A stretch of DNA of 64,000 nt from the human T2T-CHM13v2.0 reference genome, Homo sapiens. The notes beneath the pieces were generated by a model. That model searched no databases. It was not told the origin of the DNA and worked only from the letters and a program-made list of their open reading frames with translations. Of the stretch, positions 43,920-64,000 are shown piece by piece. The position numbers and the translations under genes were made by a program. The first letter of the stretch is position 1. Every line of letters begins with the position of its first letter. The stretch lies in the NCBI RefSeq assembly GCF_009914755.1, contig NC_060925.1; one strand, given 5' to 3'.

Positions 43920-45040
43920 TCTCTGGTTCTCATTCTACAATATCTCTCCCACTCTCCCTGTTTCCCCCTCTCCCAGTCTCTCCTTTGTCTACTCCCATCA
44001 CATGGGGGTGTCCATCCCTTTCCATCCAAGGCCACATTCACCCTCATTTTCATGCAGTTTTGTGTCTTTAATTTTTACCTCTTTGAAAATCACTTTCAAA
44101 TCTTCTCTGCCAAACTTCAAATCTGAGTTTTTCACTATCTTCCAGACATTCCTCCCAATGTATCCTAGCAACCCCTCCATCTTAACATGTCCAAAACTAA
44201 ACACACAATTATCTCACTCAAAAACCTATTCCTCCTTCTTAACCTATTGATGTGAATTGGCATCATGATTATCTTATTTTCCCAAGCATAAAATCTTAAT
44301 ACTGGTCTTTAACTTCTTCCTTACTCCTACACTAGCAATCACTGTGCCATACACTCCAAGGCAGTTTCATTATAACTGCAAAGCATCTCTAGAAGCCTCT
44401 CCTCTACCACCACCCTACTTTATACCCCAGGACACACCACCTAGGGCATAGTCAGTCTCCTGATCATTCTCTACACCCTGTTGAGCTGGGATTGCTTCAC
44501 TTTCTTATGCAAAGATCTTGAGTAGCTTCCTGTACTTTATTAAATAAACCTTCATTCCCTACCCTGGACTCAAGGCCCTCCATAATTTGGCAGTTGGTGA
44601 CCTTTCCAACTCATGTGTCACTGCAACTACCACTGTCTCCTGCCCTCCAACCACATAGGACTGTTCACTATTTCTCTAATATATCCTATCCTCTCTTGTC
44701 CTGGTAACATGGTTCATTCCACATGGGATCCTTCCTCCCCTTCCCTCTCTTTCTGCCTAACCAAACCCTACATGTCCTGAAATATCTACTATACATGTTT
44801 CCTCCTTAATGAAACTTCCTCATTCTCCCCACAAGAATTAATATTCCTACTTGGTGACACTCCCCACTGCCACAATTTCTCTGTCTCTTCTGCCTTACAC
44901 TAGAGTGAAGACTTACCTCCCCTTCTAGATGTAAATATCCTTGAAAGGAAAAGAAAATCTTGCTTTGTGCTTCTTATTCTATTTCCCTAGGCACACAGCA
45001 GAATCCCATACAAACAGTAAAATATAAATGTTTATTGACT
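43920..45040. mobile_element. L2 remnant
   Basis: Pyrimidine-rich L2-like motifs ending in aaatgtttattga. Confidence 0.55.
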
Positions 45041-45269
45041 TTTTTAAACTTTCAAAATAATTAAACATAATTTGTAACAGAGTTGTAGTCCTGTCAACTC
45101 TCCCTGACAGTGAAAAGTGAGCTGCTTAGGTATCAGCCATGGCCCATGATCAACCATCATAGAATCCTCCCAGGATCCTGTCAAATCATGATTCAGGTTA
45201 CCTATCACATCCAGAATGATCCTAGTATTTTGCCCCAAAATACTAAGATTCATGAAAGTGTTATCAAAC

Positions 45270-45394
45270 GGCCAAGAATAGAGATGGTCCTTTTTAATGT
45301 GAACTCTGTATCCTCAGACTTCCAGAAACCAGGCCAAGAATAGAGATGGTCCTATTTAATGTGAGCTCTGTATCCTCAGACTTCCAGAAACCAG
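45270..45394 (+). repeat. 62-bp tandem duplication (2 copies, 2 mismatches)
   Basis: ggccaagaatagagatggtcc at 45270 and 45332. Confidence 0.95.
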
Positions 45395-45406
45395 CACATG
45401 GGTTCA

Positions 45407-45834
<428 letters not shown>

Positions 45835-46959
45835 GTCCTTCGTGAAATAGAGGGATATGTCTTGGCCCCTGATGTAACCAAAAACTCAGATTCTGGGAAA
45901 GGCCTTTGTTGTTAAATTTCCTTCAATATCTCTGAGTCAATTCAATTATTTCCCCAATAAAGACACCAAAGCTCTATCAAAAAAAAAAAAAAATTCCCTG
46001 CACAACCCAAGCTCTGACTCTTAAACTGTCTGTGCGCAAGCCTTTAGGGCAAGTCTATTGAGAGCTAAAAGCCCTCTGCATTGGATTCAATGTTGAGTCT
46101 TGGCAAAATCTTTATTAGCCATCCTAGGCCAAGGCAACTTCAACCACTCCTGCCCTGAGTAACTCTAATTTTCCTCCCCTGGTTCTTGATCCACCACATG
46201 AAGTAAATTTTCTTGAACATTAAGCATTTGCAAGTATAAAACAAAGAACACTTTAAATTGGAAATTTAAAATTCAAAAGTGAAACAGACAAAAAAGTGGA
46301 GCAATGTGTATAAGAGTTCACCAAACTCAGGAAATAAATTGAAGGAAAAACAAGATCATCTCAGAAATGTGGACTTTGTAAAGTACCTAGGGATAACTGC
46401 TTTGACTGAAATTATAGAAATTTAAGTAGAAGAATGAGAAAAATCAAGAGAATTAAAATAAATAGATAAAAAGGAGCAAAAAGAAAAAAAGTCTTTAGCT
46501 GTTTAACTTTAGCAAAGAAAATCCAACATTTTCAACAGATAAAACTTTGAAGTCCCCTACAAGGAAAACAAAGCAATGGAGCATCGTATTTAAATTAGTA
46601 ATCCCAAAAAAATGTGTGAAAAAAAGAAGACCTGAGTCTATATAGAAAATATATAGGAAAGATTGAAAATATGACTGAGAAACCTGAACCAGAATGGTCA
46701 AACCCAAAATATACTCCTAGTAAAACCATTAGATTTTAAGAAATGGGAAAAATTTTCTCTCAGACTCCATCAAAGATCAAGCCACTTAAAAAGTTAAAAA
46801 AAAAAAAAGAAAAAAATCAGGTTGGCATTTGCTAGCCCAATAGCAACATAAAAAGCAAGATAGCAATGGAGAAATAGTTTCTAAAACTCAAGAGAAGAAA
46901 AGGGTGAGGCAAGGATGCTATTTATGTCCCGCCAACTGTCCTAGAAGTATCATGCTATA

Positions 46960-47200
46960 GAGGAGGAGTCACAAATTTTTTTCTGTAAAGGACCGGAGAG
47001 TAAATATTTTAGGCTTTGCAAACCATGCAGTTTCTGTCACAATTATTCAGCTCTGCTGTTGTAGTGCAAAAGTCACCAAAGACAAGACAACTACACAAAT
47101 GGAGGAGAGTGGCTATGTTCCAATTAAACTTATTTATTAAAAACTTCTAGTAGGCTACAGGGACAAGTAGGCCATGGGACAAGGTTTGTTGACCCCGTGT
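46960..47200. mobile_element. MER58A-like hAT MITE
   Basis: ttctgtaaagg...gtaaatattttaggctttgc...ttgttgacccc. Confidence 0.75.
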
Positions 47201-47739
47201 GTAGACTGTTGGGCTTGGCAATTGTATACCTTATTCATGCAAAGAATAAAAAATGGATTGTTCCACAAAAGCTACTTCTATCACTTACAGTGCTGCTTAA
47301 GCCATCCTGAAGTCTGAATGTAGATTATGGCTGACTGGGTTACCTACATTCACACATCATCATGAACCATTTAAAAATGAATAATCACAAATAGAATACA
47401 ACATACCATGTCTATACTCAACTTTCTGGCTTTGAGCATTTGTGGCTCTTCTGCTCAGCCATCCTGCCTGCACTCCCACCCCTACTTGCACCATTTGGTC
47501 TGCACCCCAGCCCCCAGCATTCTTCACCACTCAGAAAGGTCAGGTCCTTCCAGAGCTTTGGGGTTCTCAGACAGCAGAATAAAGGCCTTGGACACTCACC
47601 CATCCACTGCTGTAAGCCGAGATGCTCACCAAGATTGACATGTTTATTCAATGTTTATTTAGCCCTTTTCTGGTGTTAAGCATAATGCTAGAGGTGAAAA
47701 TTTAAAAATCACAGAATACAGCTTTCAAGAAGCATGCAC

Positions 47740-53362
<5,623 letters not shown>

Positions 53363-53613
53363 CATGGGCTATTAGTAGAGACAGGTTAAAAAAATAAATT
53401 GTGATAAGTACTATGAAGGTTATGTATACAAGGATAAGTGGAATAGGACTATAATTAACTAATGCCCCATAAAAAGAAAGAGACTGGGCAAGATTTTAAA
53501 GAGTAGATGCCATTTTGGTAGTAGTAGTAGCAGTAACAGTAGTTTTCCAAGTAAATAACATAGAAGAGGAGCACTAAAAACAGAGGGAATAACATATATA
53601 AAAATAAGAAAGT

Positions 53614-53956
<343 letters not shown>

Positions 53957-54254
53957 TTAGTGGCATGCAAGTTGGCTTTACATACAGTGATGACACAGAG
54001 TTGTTTTATTTGACTGCCTTTTTAAACACATTTGAGCTAATATTTTTAAATTGGAAGATTTCACATAAGAATATGGATTTCTGGTTTCCCTTGAAAGATT
54101 TCTCCTGAATGAAGCTTCTAGCAATTTGAAGCCTGAATTTCACACCAAAAGTCTGCTGAGCCCTAGCTGTGGCTACACTCTTCAGCCAGAGCCATTCACA
54201 GATATCTGCGGGTATATTTGCACTGGCCTTTGCTCACTTGCACTATTTATCTGG

Positions 54255-54632
54255 TTCTATGGTCTGAATGTTTGTGTCTCTCCAAAATTAATATGTCAAA
54301 ATCCTAACCCTAAAGGTGATGGTATTTGGAGACTAGGGAGCTTTTGGGAAGGTGATTAGGTCACCTAGGGCAGAAGCTTCATGAATGGGATTAGTGTCCC
54401 TACAAAAGAGGATCCAGACAGCTCCCTTGCTCCTGCCACCATGTGAGGACACAGTGATAAGGGGCCCTCTATGAATCAGGAAATAGATCCTCATCAGACA
54501 CAGAATCTGCTGTTGCCTTGATCTTGGACTTCCCAGCCTCCAGAACTGTGAGAAATATTTCTGTTGTTCATAGAATTATAAGGAATTTCACAAGTCTACA
54601 ATATTTTGTTACAATAACCTCAACAGACCTAA
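54255..54632 (+). mobile_element. MLT1A-like MaLR LTR
   Basis: tatggtctgaatgtttgtgtc...ttgatcttggacttcccagcctccagaactgtgagaaat. Confidence 0.8.
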
Positions 54633-54705
54633 GGTATCTTGGCTCTGTGGGTCTCTGAGATTGCTACCCCTGCCATAGGGAGTTTAGAGGTACAAGTGCA
54701 TAAAT

Positions 54706-54706
<1 letters not shown>

Positions 54707-54742
<36 letters not shown>

Positions 54743-54770
54743 GATTGATTAGATGATTGATAGATGATAG
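54707..54770 (+). repeat. (AGAT)9 plus degenerate tail
   Basis: Direct reading. Confidence 0.95.
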
Positions 54771-56168
54771 GGAGACCGACGGAGACAGGTGAAAGCATAT
54801 TTAGAAATATACTGAACAGTGCATAAAGTGTGTATGTATATCTATGACAAAAGATAAAGCTGAAGAGCTATGTAGCACTCAAATCATAAACACTCCTTTC
54901 ACATATCCACTTTTCTGACTGATGCATAAGCTGACTATGACTAAAAGGAGTGTATGCCAAACATCCGATTGAGGTGCCGTCTCTCCTTCACAAAGCACCA
55001 CGATGGGACTCTCAGGGAGCAGGCAGCAGACATCTGTCTAAACAGTTCACAGAGAGCAGAGCCAGGGGCAATTGCACACCAGCAGAGCAGGTGGAGGCAG
55101 GTTGCTCCTAGAATCCCACCTGGGACTGCCCATGGGCGCCACTGGTCATGTAATTAGCTAATGGAGCTGAGAGCAGGCTGCTTTCCAAGGAGAGATGTGA
55201 CCAGATCAATCAAGCAAGCAACAACACAAATAGCAAAGAATCAATACGGAGGGCATTTTGCTTCCCTGGACAAGGTCTGGCAGAGAGAGTTCAGTGTGAA
55301 TGTCTGATGAAAAGCCAGCAAGCAGAAAAGTCAAAACTAAAAATAGAAATTCTTTTAACTTTTATGGGAACTCAGAAATGTATACTATATGGATGATTTT
55401 ATTAACAATAGAATTAATGATAGATGTTTGCAGGAAACGCTACATATTTCCTAACAACTCAACCATAGGGAATCCTATGATTCTTTAAGGCCATTGCCAG
55501 GTTATTTTCTACTTCACTTACAATGAACAAATCAATTCTAAAAATTCTATGTATATTTAAAAACATGTTAAGGACTCAATACATTTACCATTTCATCTGT
55601 AGCAGTCTGTCACTCTCATGTATAAATCTGGGAGTTTTTCTAAACATTCAATACTAAAGTTGAGCATGGTCACACATGTCTGCAGTCTCAGCTATTGGGG
55701 AGGCAGAGGCGGGAAGATCACTTCAGCTCAGGACTTTGAGTCCAGCCTGGGCAACATACCGAGACTCCACCTCTAAAATAAGCGAGCAAACATTTACTAC
55801 TAAAAACTAAGTGATTTCTTCAACATATATGATGTTTTGCCGTAATTCATTACTTCTGAGGTTCTACTTATTAAACATTCAATACAGTTTCAGCTTTACA
55901 ATAGCAAGAAATAGCAGCAATTGTGATTCCATTGGCTTGTTCTTTCACTGGAATAGAGAAGATGCTTTAGAATTGCTTTGGGGTGCGTGTCTATATCTAT
56001 TCACTTACCACCTTGGTCACTGAAAAACCCTGAGATAGTCACTCTTTTGAGGCATAGCACATCACCTCTGGAAAGCTCTATTTGAAATTCAAAACCAGTA
56101 TCTGGAAAGAGCCACACATTGAGTTAATATAGCCCATTAATTTATATAATCAAAATTAGCTTAAATGA

Positions 56169-56850
<682 letters not shown>

Positions 56851-57011
56851 ACTTTTTAAAAAAATTTTTAGTCAGCTGTCTTAGTTCAAGCTGCTATAAC
56901 AAACTTATTTTTCATAGTTCTGGAGGATAGAAATCCAAGATCAGGGTGCCAGCATGGTTGGGCTCTAACGAGGGTCTCTTCCAGGTTGCAGATGGCCATC
57001 TTCTTCTGCAG

Positions 57012-57449
57012 GGGCTCACACCTATCATGTCAGCACTTTGGGAGGCAAAGGCAGGAGGATCACTTGAGCCCAGGAGTTTGAGACCAGCCTGGGCAACATA
57101 GTGAGACCCCATCTCTACAATACTTTTTATTTAAAAAATAAAAATTAGATGGGCATGATGGTATCTGCCTGTGGTCCCAGCTGCTTGGCAGGCTGAGGTG
57201 GGAGGATCACCTGAGCCCAGGAATTTGAGACCAGCCTGGGCAACATAGTGAGACCCCATCTCTACAATACTTTTTATTTAAAAAATAAAAATTAGCTGGG
57301 CATGATGGTATCTGCCTGTGGTCCCAGCTGCTTGGCAGGCTGAGGTGTGAGGATCACCTGAGCCCAGGAGTTTGAGGCTTCAGTGATCCATGATTATGCC
57401 ACTGCACTCCAGCCTAGGTGATAGAGTGAGAGCCTACCACAAAAAAAAC
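57012..57449 (+). mobile_element. AluJ with a 147-bp internal tandem duplication
   Basis: (g/t)gaggatcac recurs at 57054, 57201 and 57348. Confidence 0.9.
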
Positions 57450-57785
57450 AACAATTACAACCAAACCCACCTCCCATTTGGTGGCTTACAAGAAAAGGCA
57501 AATGTTTGCTCATTCTCACCAGTCTGCAGGCAATTGCACTTTGGCTGACTTAGGCTGGGCTCAGCTGAGTGGCTCTGCTGCAGATGAGGATCTGTCTGGG
57601 CTTGGCACCAGGCTAAGTGTTGGGCTCAGGTCTGTCCATGTATGTTTGTTCACGCAGCAGCTATAGGGGAACTTTAAACAACCAGAGGAGAGAAAGTACC
57701 CATGGAGAGGATGCCCAGTGAGGAATGAGTCCTCTCAGGATTCCCCCTACCAGGGCAGCATCAGGCTCCAGAACCTGAGAGCATG

Positions 57786-58385
57786 TGTGGAGAATATGCC
57801 ACCCTAAAATATGCTGCTCTGGCATATTGACTATTTTGAGTAAAAGGCACTTGAAACACAGTCGGTACAAAAAATTCACTCTGACCTTCCTTCCCGAACT
57901 TGAACTCCCGGCCTTACACAGTCCTCCCGCCTTGACCCCCAAAGTGCTGAGATTACAGGCAGGAGCCACCACTCCTGGCCTGATCTTCCTTCTGTTTCTT
58001 AAAAACAAGAGATGAAATTACCATGCACAAGATGCCTTCCCCATAGCAGAAGGAAAATGTCATTCTTATCATCAAGGGCACAAAGTCAAGGCCAAGGGAA
58101 TTCTGTACAGACCTTGTTAAAATAACTGTTAACTTCTTTTAGCCTCCCCACAGAATTTAGTTATTTTTCTACAACTTACTACTCTTTGTCCACCTCAGTA
58201 TGTAAGTGTTCAACTCTAACCGCATCTTTGGGTCTTCATTTCCTTTTAAAGGCTCCCATGTCATGTAAACTTTGTCTCAAATAAATGTGTCTGCTTTTCT
58301 CCTGTTGATCTGTCTTGTCAATTTAAATATAAGGCCCAGCTGAAAAACCCTAAGAGGATAAAGGTATAATTTTGCCTCTCCTAAA
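57786..58385 (+). mobile_element. ERV1-class LTR (MER34/MER39-like) with an embedded Alu fragment
   Basis: gaatatgccaccctaaaatatg start and aataaatgtgtctgcttttctcctgttgatctgtc poly(A) region. Confidence 0.6.
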
Positions 58386-58505
58386 TGGGTGAGGGTGGTG
58401 GAGGCAGAAGCCCAGTGAAGACTAAAAGAGTGTTTTGTCTTCAGAGTTTTAAACACACATATATATAATAACATACACATATATATATACACACACACAA
58501 TATAG

Positions 58506-58857
<352 letters not shown>

Positions 58858-59049
58858 TCCTTAGTCTTTAATAAGCCTTGTATTCTATGCAGAGATGAAT
58901 GCAGGGAACTCCCAGCTATCAAGCAGTCCCTGGCACACCCAGACACCACTGAGTCTTTTCTTTTTAGGTTGTATCAGAATCATTGCCACTGGCTTTCCAC
59001 ATACTTCCTGTCTTTCCAACACCTGTAGAACTGCATAGTGCTACATTTA

Positions 59050-60960
<1,911 letters not shown>

Positions 60961-61329
60961 TACATTTGTTTGTTTTAAAAAATATATCTACATAATTAAA
61001 AGTGCTATCCATTGAGGTTTTTCCCTTTTGTGTATTGTAATTATTTTACTTTCATTTTCTTGATTATATATACAAAATTCAATAAAGAAAATATTCACTG
61101 TGTTTTTCTCATCATTATCATTTATCTCTATTATTATTACTGCAAATAATTTTATTATACAGAGGAGGAGGGTTTTAAAAATGATCAACTCTGAGTGTCA
61201 AATATGTTAGGTACAGAATGAGGTGAGGCTGAGGGCTTGCAATGCAGCCAGGGAGAGTGGTGAAATTCTGTAAACAGAGTAACTGGAGGCCCCACTCCCC
61301 TCGTCAGTACACACAGTGCTGCCCTTGCA

Positions 61330-61695
61330 CAGGCAGACGTTCTCACCTTCGGGTCTTGCATTTGTGTTTCCTGCATCTGGAACACACTTCCACTAAACAC
61401 TTCCATGACTTGTTCCCTTACTTCCTTTAGGTCTCCCATCAGAGAGATTTCCTACGCCTACAAAAAGACCACCCCCTGTCACTCTCTATCCCTTGACCCT
61501 ACTTTATTCCTCTTTAATTAGTTCCATGTGATACAGTATACATTAATTTGTTGATTTTGTTTTTGTTTGTCTCTCTCAAATGGAATCCAAGCCCATGAGA
61601 TCAAAGATGTTGTTTTGCTCACTGCTCTATACCCAGCACCTTGGACATCACCGGACATATAGTAGTCAACTATTTTGGAGTGCATTAATGAATTC
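61330..61695. mobile_element. L2 3' fragment
   Basis: ttttgctcactgctctatacccagcacc L2 end motif. Confidence 0.65.
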
Positions 61696-62502
61696 ACTGG
61701 AGAAACAGAACCTGAGAAACTATATACTTGGGGGTATGCTGAAAGACCAGAACAAGGCATGAGTTTACACACGAGGAAATTCAATGAAATTCTCTCTGCT
61801 CAATTGTGTTACCTTCTGCGTCATTCTCCAGCCCTGACTCCATAAAGTCAGTGTCAGCCACCTATTCCCTCCTCTCTATTATACCCCGGGCAAGATGTTG
61901 AGAGATTCCATTTCAAAGAAACTGAGGGGCTAGGGAAGAGAAGTTTAGGTAGTGATATGTGAGGTCCCCAAAAAAAGCTAGTTTGCTTCTTGATCACTTT
62001 GTAATGAAGCCTACCAATGCACTGGCTCCGCTTAAACATCTGCAGAACTAGAAACCAACCACCCAGCACCAGACTCTTCGCAGCCAGCCAAGAATCACCC
62101 GATGTTTGAGTAAGACTGCTAGAAGAAAACAGAGATAAGAGTAAACAAACTAAAAATGGAAATAGACAACAGAAAGCAAAAGATAATGACAACAACAAAA
62201 ACACACAATAATCAGTGTTCCCAGAGGGATAAGAGAAACTACATCCAAAAAAGCAAGATGAGATGTTATATTTAACAAGAAACAATCAGGGAATAAGAGC
62301 TTTCAGAGCAGAATAAATACATATCTTTTTAAAAATCAAAGAAGAAAGAAGAAAGAAGGCCGGGTGTGGTGTCTCACACATGTAATCCCAGCACTTTAGG
62401 AAGGAAAGGCGGGTGGATTGCTTGAGCTCAGGAGTTTGAGACCAGCCTGGGCAACATAGTGAAAAATATATTATATTATATTTGTGAATATCTGATACTA
62501 TA

Positions 62503-62675
62503 TTTGTGAATATATGCAAACTTATACTTACTGAAGTCAAATAAAATATAGAGATGAATCTCTAAATTTAAAACATTTTATTTGGGACGGAATAATTGCA
62601 ATTTGGGGCACATAGACCGGGTGGCCTTAGTATGTCTGAAGAACAAAGAGAAGGTTGTACATTTTATAAAAAGGG
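62503..62675 (+). repeat. Dispersed direct duplicate of 60228-60400
   Basis: Manual alignment gives 9 substitutions and 3 small indels over ~173 bp. Confidence 0.93.
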
Positions 62676-64000
62676 AGCTTACCATCATTAGTCACCAGGA
62701 AAACATAAAAATTAAAACCATGGTAATATACTATTATCCTCCCAGAATGGCTGAATTAAAAAATACTGAGAATACCAAGTTTTGATAAGGATGTGAACTC
62801 TCCAATATCCACAGTATAAAATGATAAAACCATCTCATAAAACTGTTTGGCAGTTTCTAATAAAGTTAGATACACACTTATTTATGACCTGGAAATTCTA
62901 CTCCTAGGTATATATCTAGAAGAAAATGAATGCATATGTCTACAAAAAGGCCTATAGAAAAATGTTCATAGTAGCTTATTTACAAATGCTAAAGACGGAA
63001 AACAGCCCACATATTCATTATCGATAAACAGATACACATACTAAGGTGGATTCATACAATGGGATATTACCAAACAATACAAAAGAATAAACTACTGATA
63101 CATTTAACAACATAGATGACTTTCATAAGAATCATTATGAGCAAAAGAAGTCAGACGTAAAATAGCACATACTGTATAATTCCATTTACATGACCACTGA
63201 TCAGGTCAAAGTAAGGTTGTAAGGTTCTTATACTATACATGAATTGATGTAGGATTAATTAAAGATAGAATGTGGTAAATTAAAAAGGTATGCTATAATT
63301 TCTAAAGCAACCACTGAAATGAAAAAAAAAAAGAGCCAGTAAATGAGCAATAAATTATAAAAATATTCAATAATCCAAAATAAGGCAAAAAGAGGTAAAA
63401 AAGAACAAATGAGACAAACAAAAACCAAATTTTAAGATCATAGATTTAAACCTAACCATACAGATAATCAACATAAAGTATAAGTAGTCAAAGTAAAAGA
63501 GGTTTACCTCAAGTAAAAGAGGTTTTCAAATTGGATTAAAGATAAGCCCAACTATACTTATCCTACAAGAAATGCATTTTAAATATAAACACATAAGTCA
63601 GTTAAAATAAAACAATATACTATGGTAATATTAATCAAAAGAAAGCTAGAGTGAGCCTTATTAATATCAAAAAAGTTGATTTCGAAGCAAAGAATATTAT
63701 CACAGATAAAGAAGGTAATTTCATAATTATAAAGTTGTTAATTAATCAAAAGAATGTAACAATCCTAAACACGCTCCTAATGACAGTTTAAAAATACATG
63801 ACGTAAAAAATAACAGACCTACAAATAAAAATAGACCAATACACAATTATAGTCAGAGATTTCAATACTACTCCATCAATAATTTAGAATAGAAAATCAA
63901 CAAGGATATAGAAAATTTGGCAACACTATCAGCCAACTTGAATTGCTTGATATTTATAGAACACTTGACCCAACAACAGAAGAATAAACATTGCTTTTGA
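62676..64000 (+). mobile_element. Old L1M fragments (3' end, then ORF2 endonuclease region)
   Basis: L1 motifs (aattctactcctaggtatata, caattatagtcagagatttcaatac). Confidence 0.75.

Overview
Primate (very probably human) genomic DNA rich in Alu, L1, L2, MIR, LTR and DNA-transposon fossils. The + strand carries the 3' half of SLC35F3 (DMT/EamA-fold SLC35F transporter). It has five coding exons (21210-21429, 28711-28836, 30860-31052, 32207-32296, 35122-35357 stop) with GT-AG boundaries and consistent phases, and a ~1.25 kb 3'UTR with AATAAA at 36129 and 36605. Bases 1-21209 are intron and contain the MIR4671 hairpin (18576-18648). After ~36.6 kb the sequence is intergenic and mostly repeats. No prokaryote-type system, CRISPR array or novel protein-coding gene is supported. 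The observations most worth follow-up are: (1) an antisense 5S rRNA fragment fused to a 5'-truncated L1PA inside one TSD; (2) a Tigger2a-derived candidate poison exon followed by (UG)20, a TDP-43 cryptic-exon-like layout; (3) a full-length MER85 with an intact CSB-PGBD3 palindrome; (4) a 173-bp templated insertion at a deletion junction; (5) an Alu that split the ancestral MIR4671 inverted repeat; (6) an Alu-tail (GAA)22 tract and CTCF-like motifs just past the gene end. Repeat family names and gene names come from recall of consensus sequences, not database searches, and repeat boundaries are approximate.
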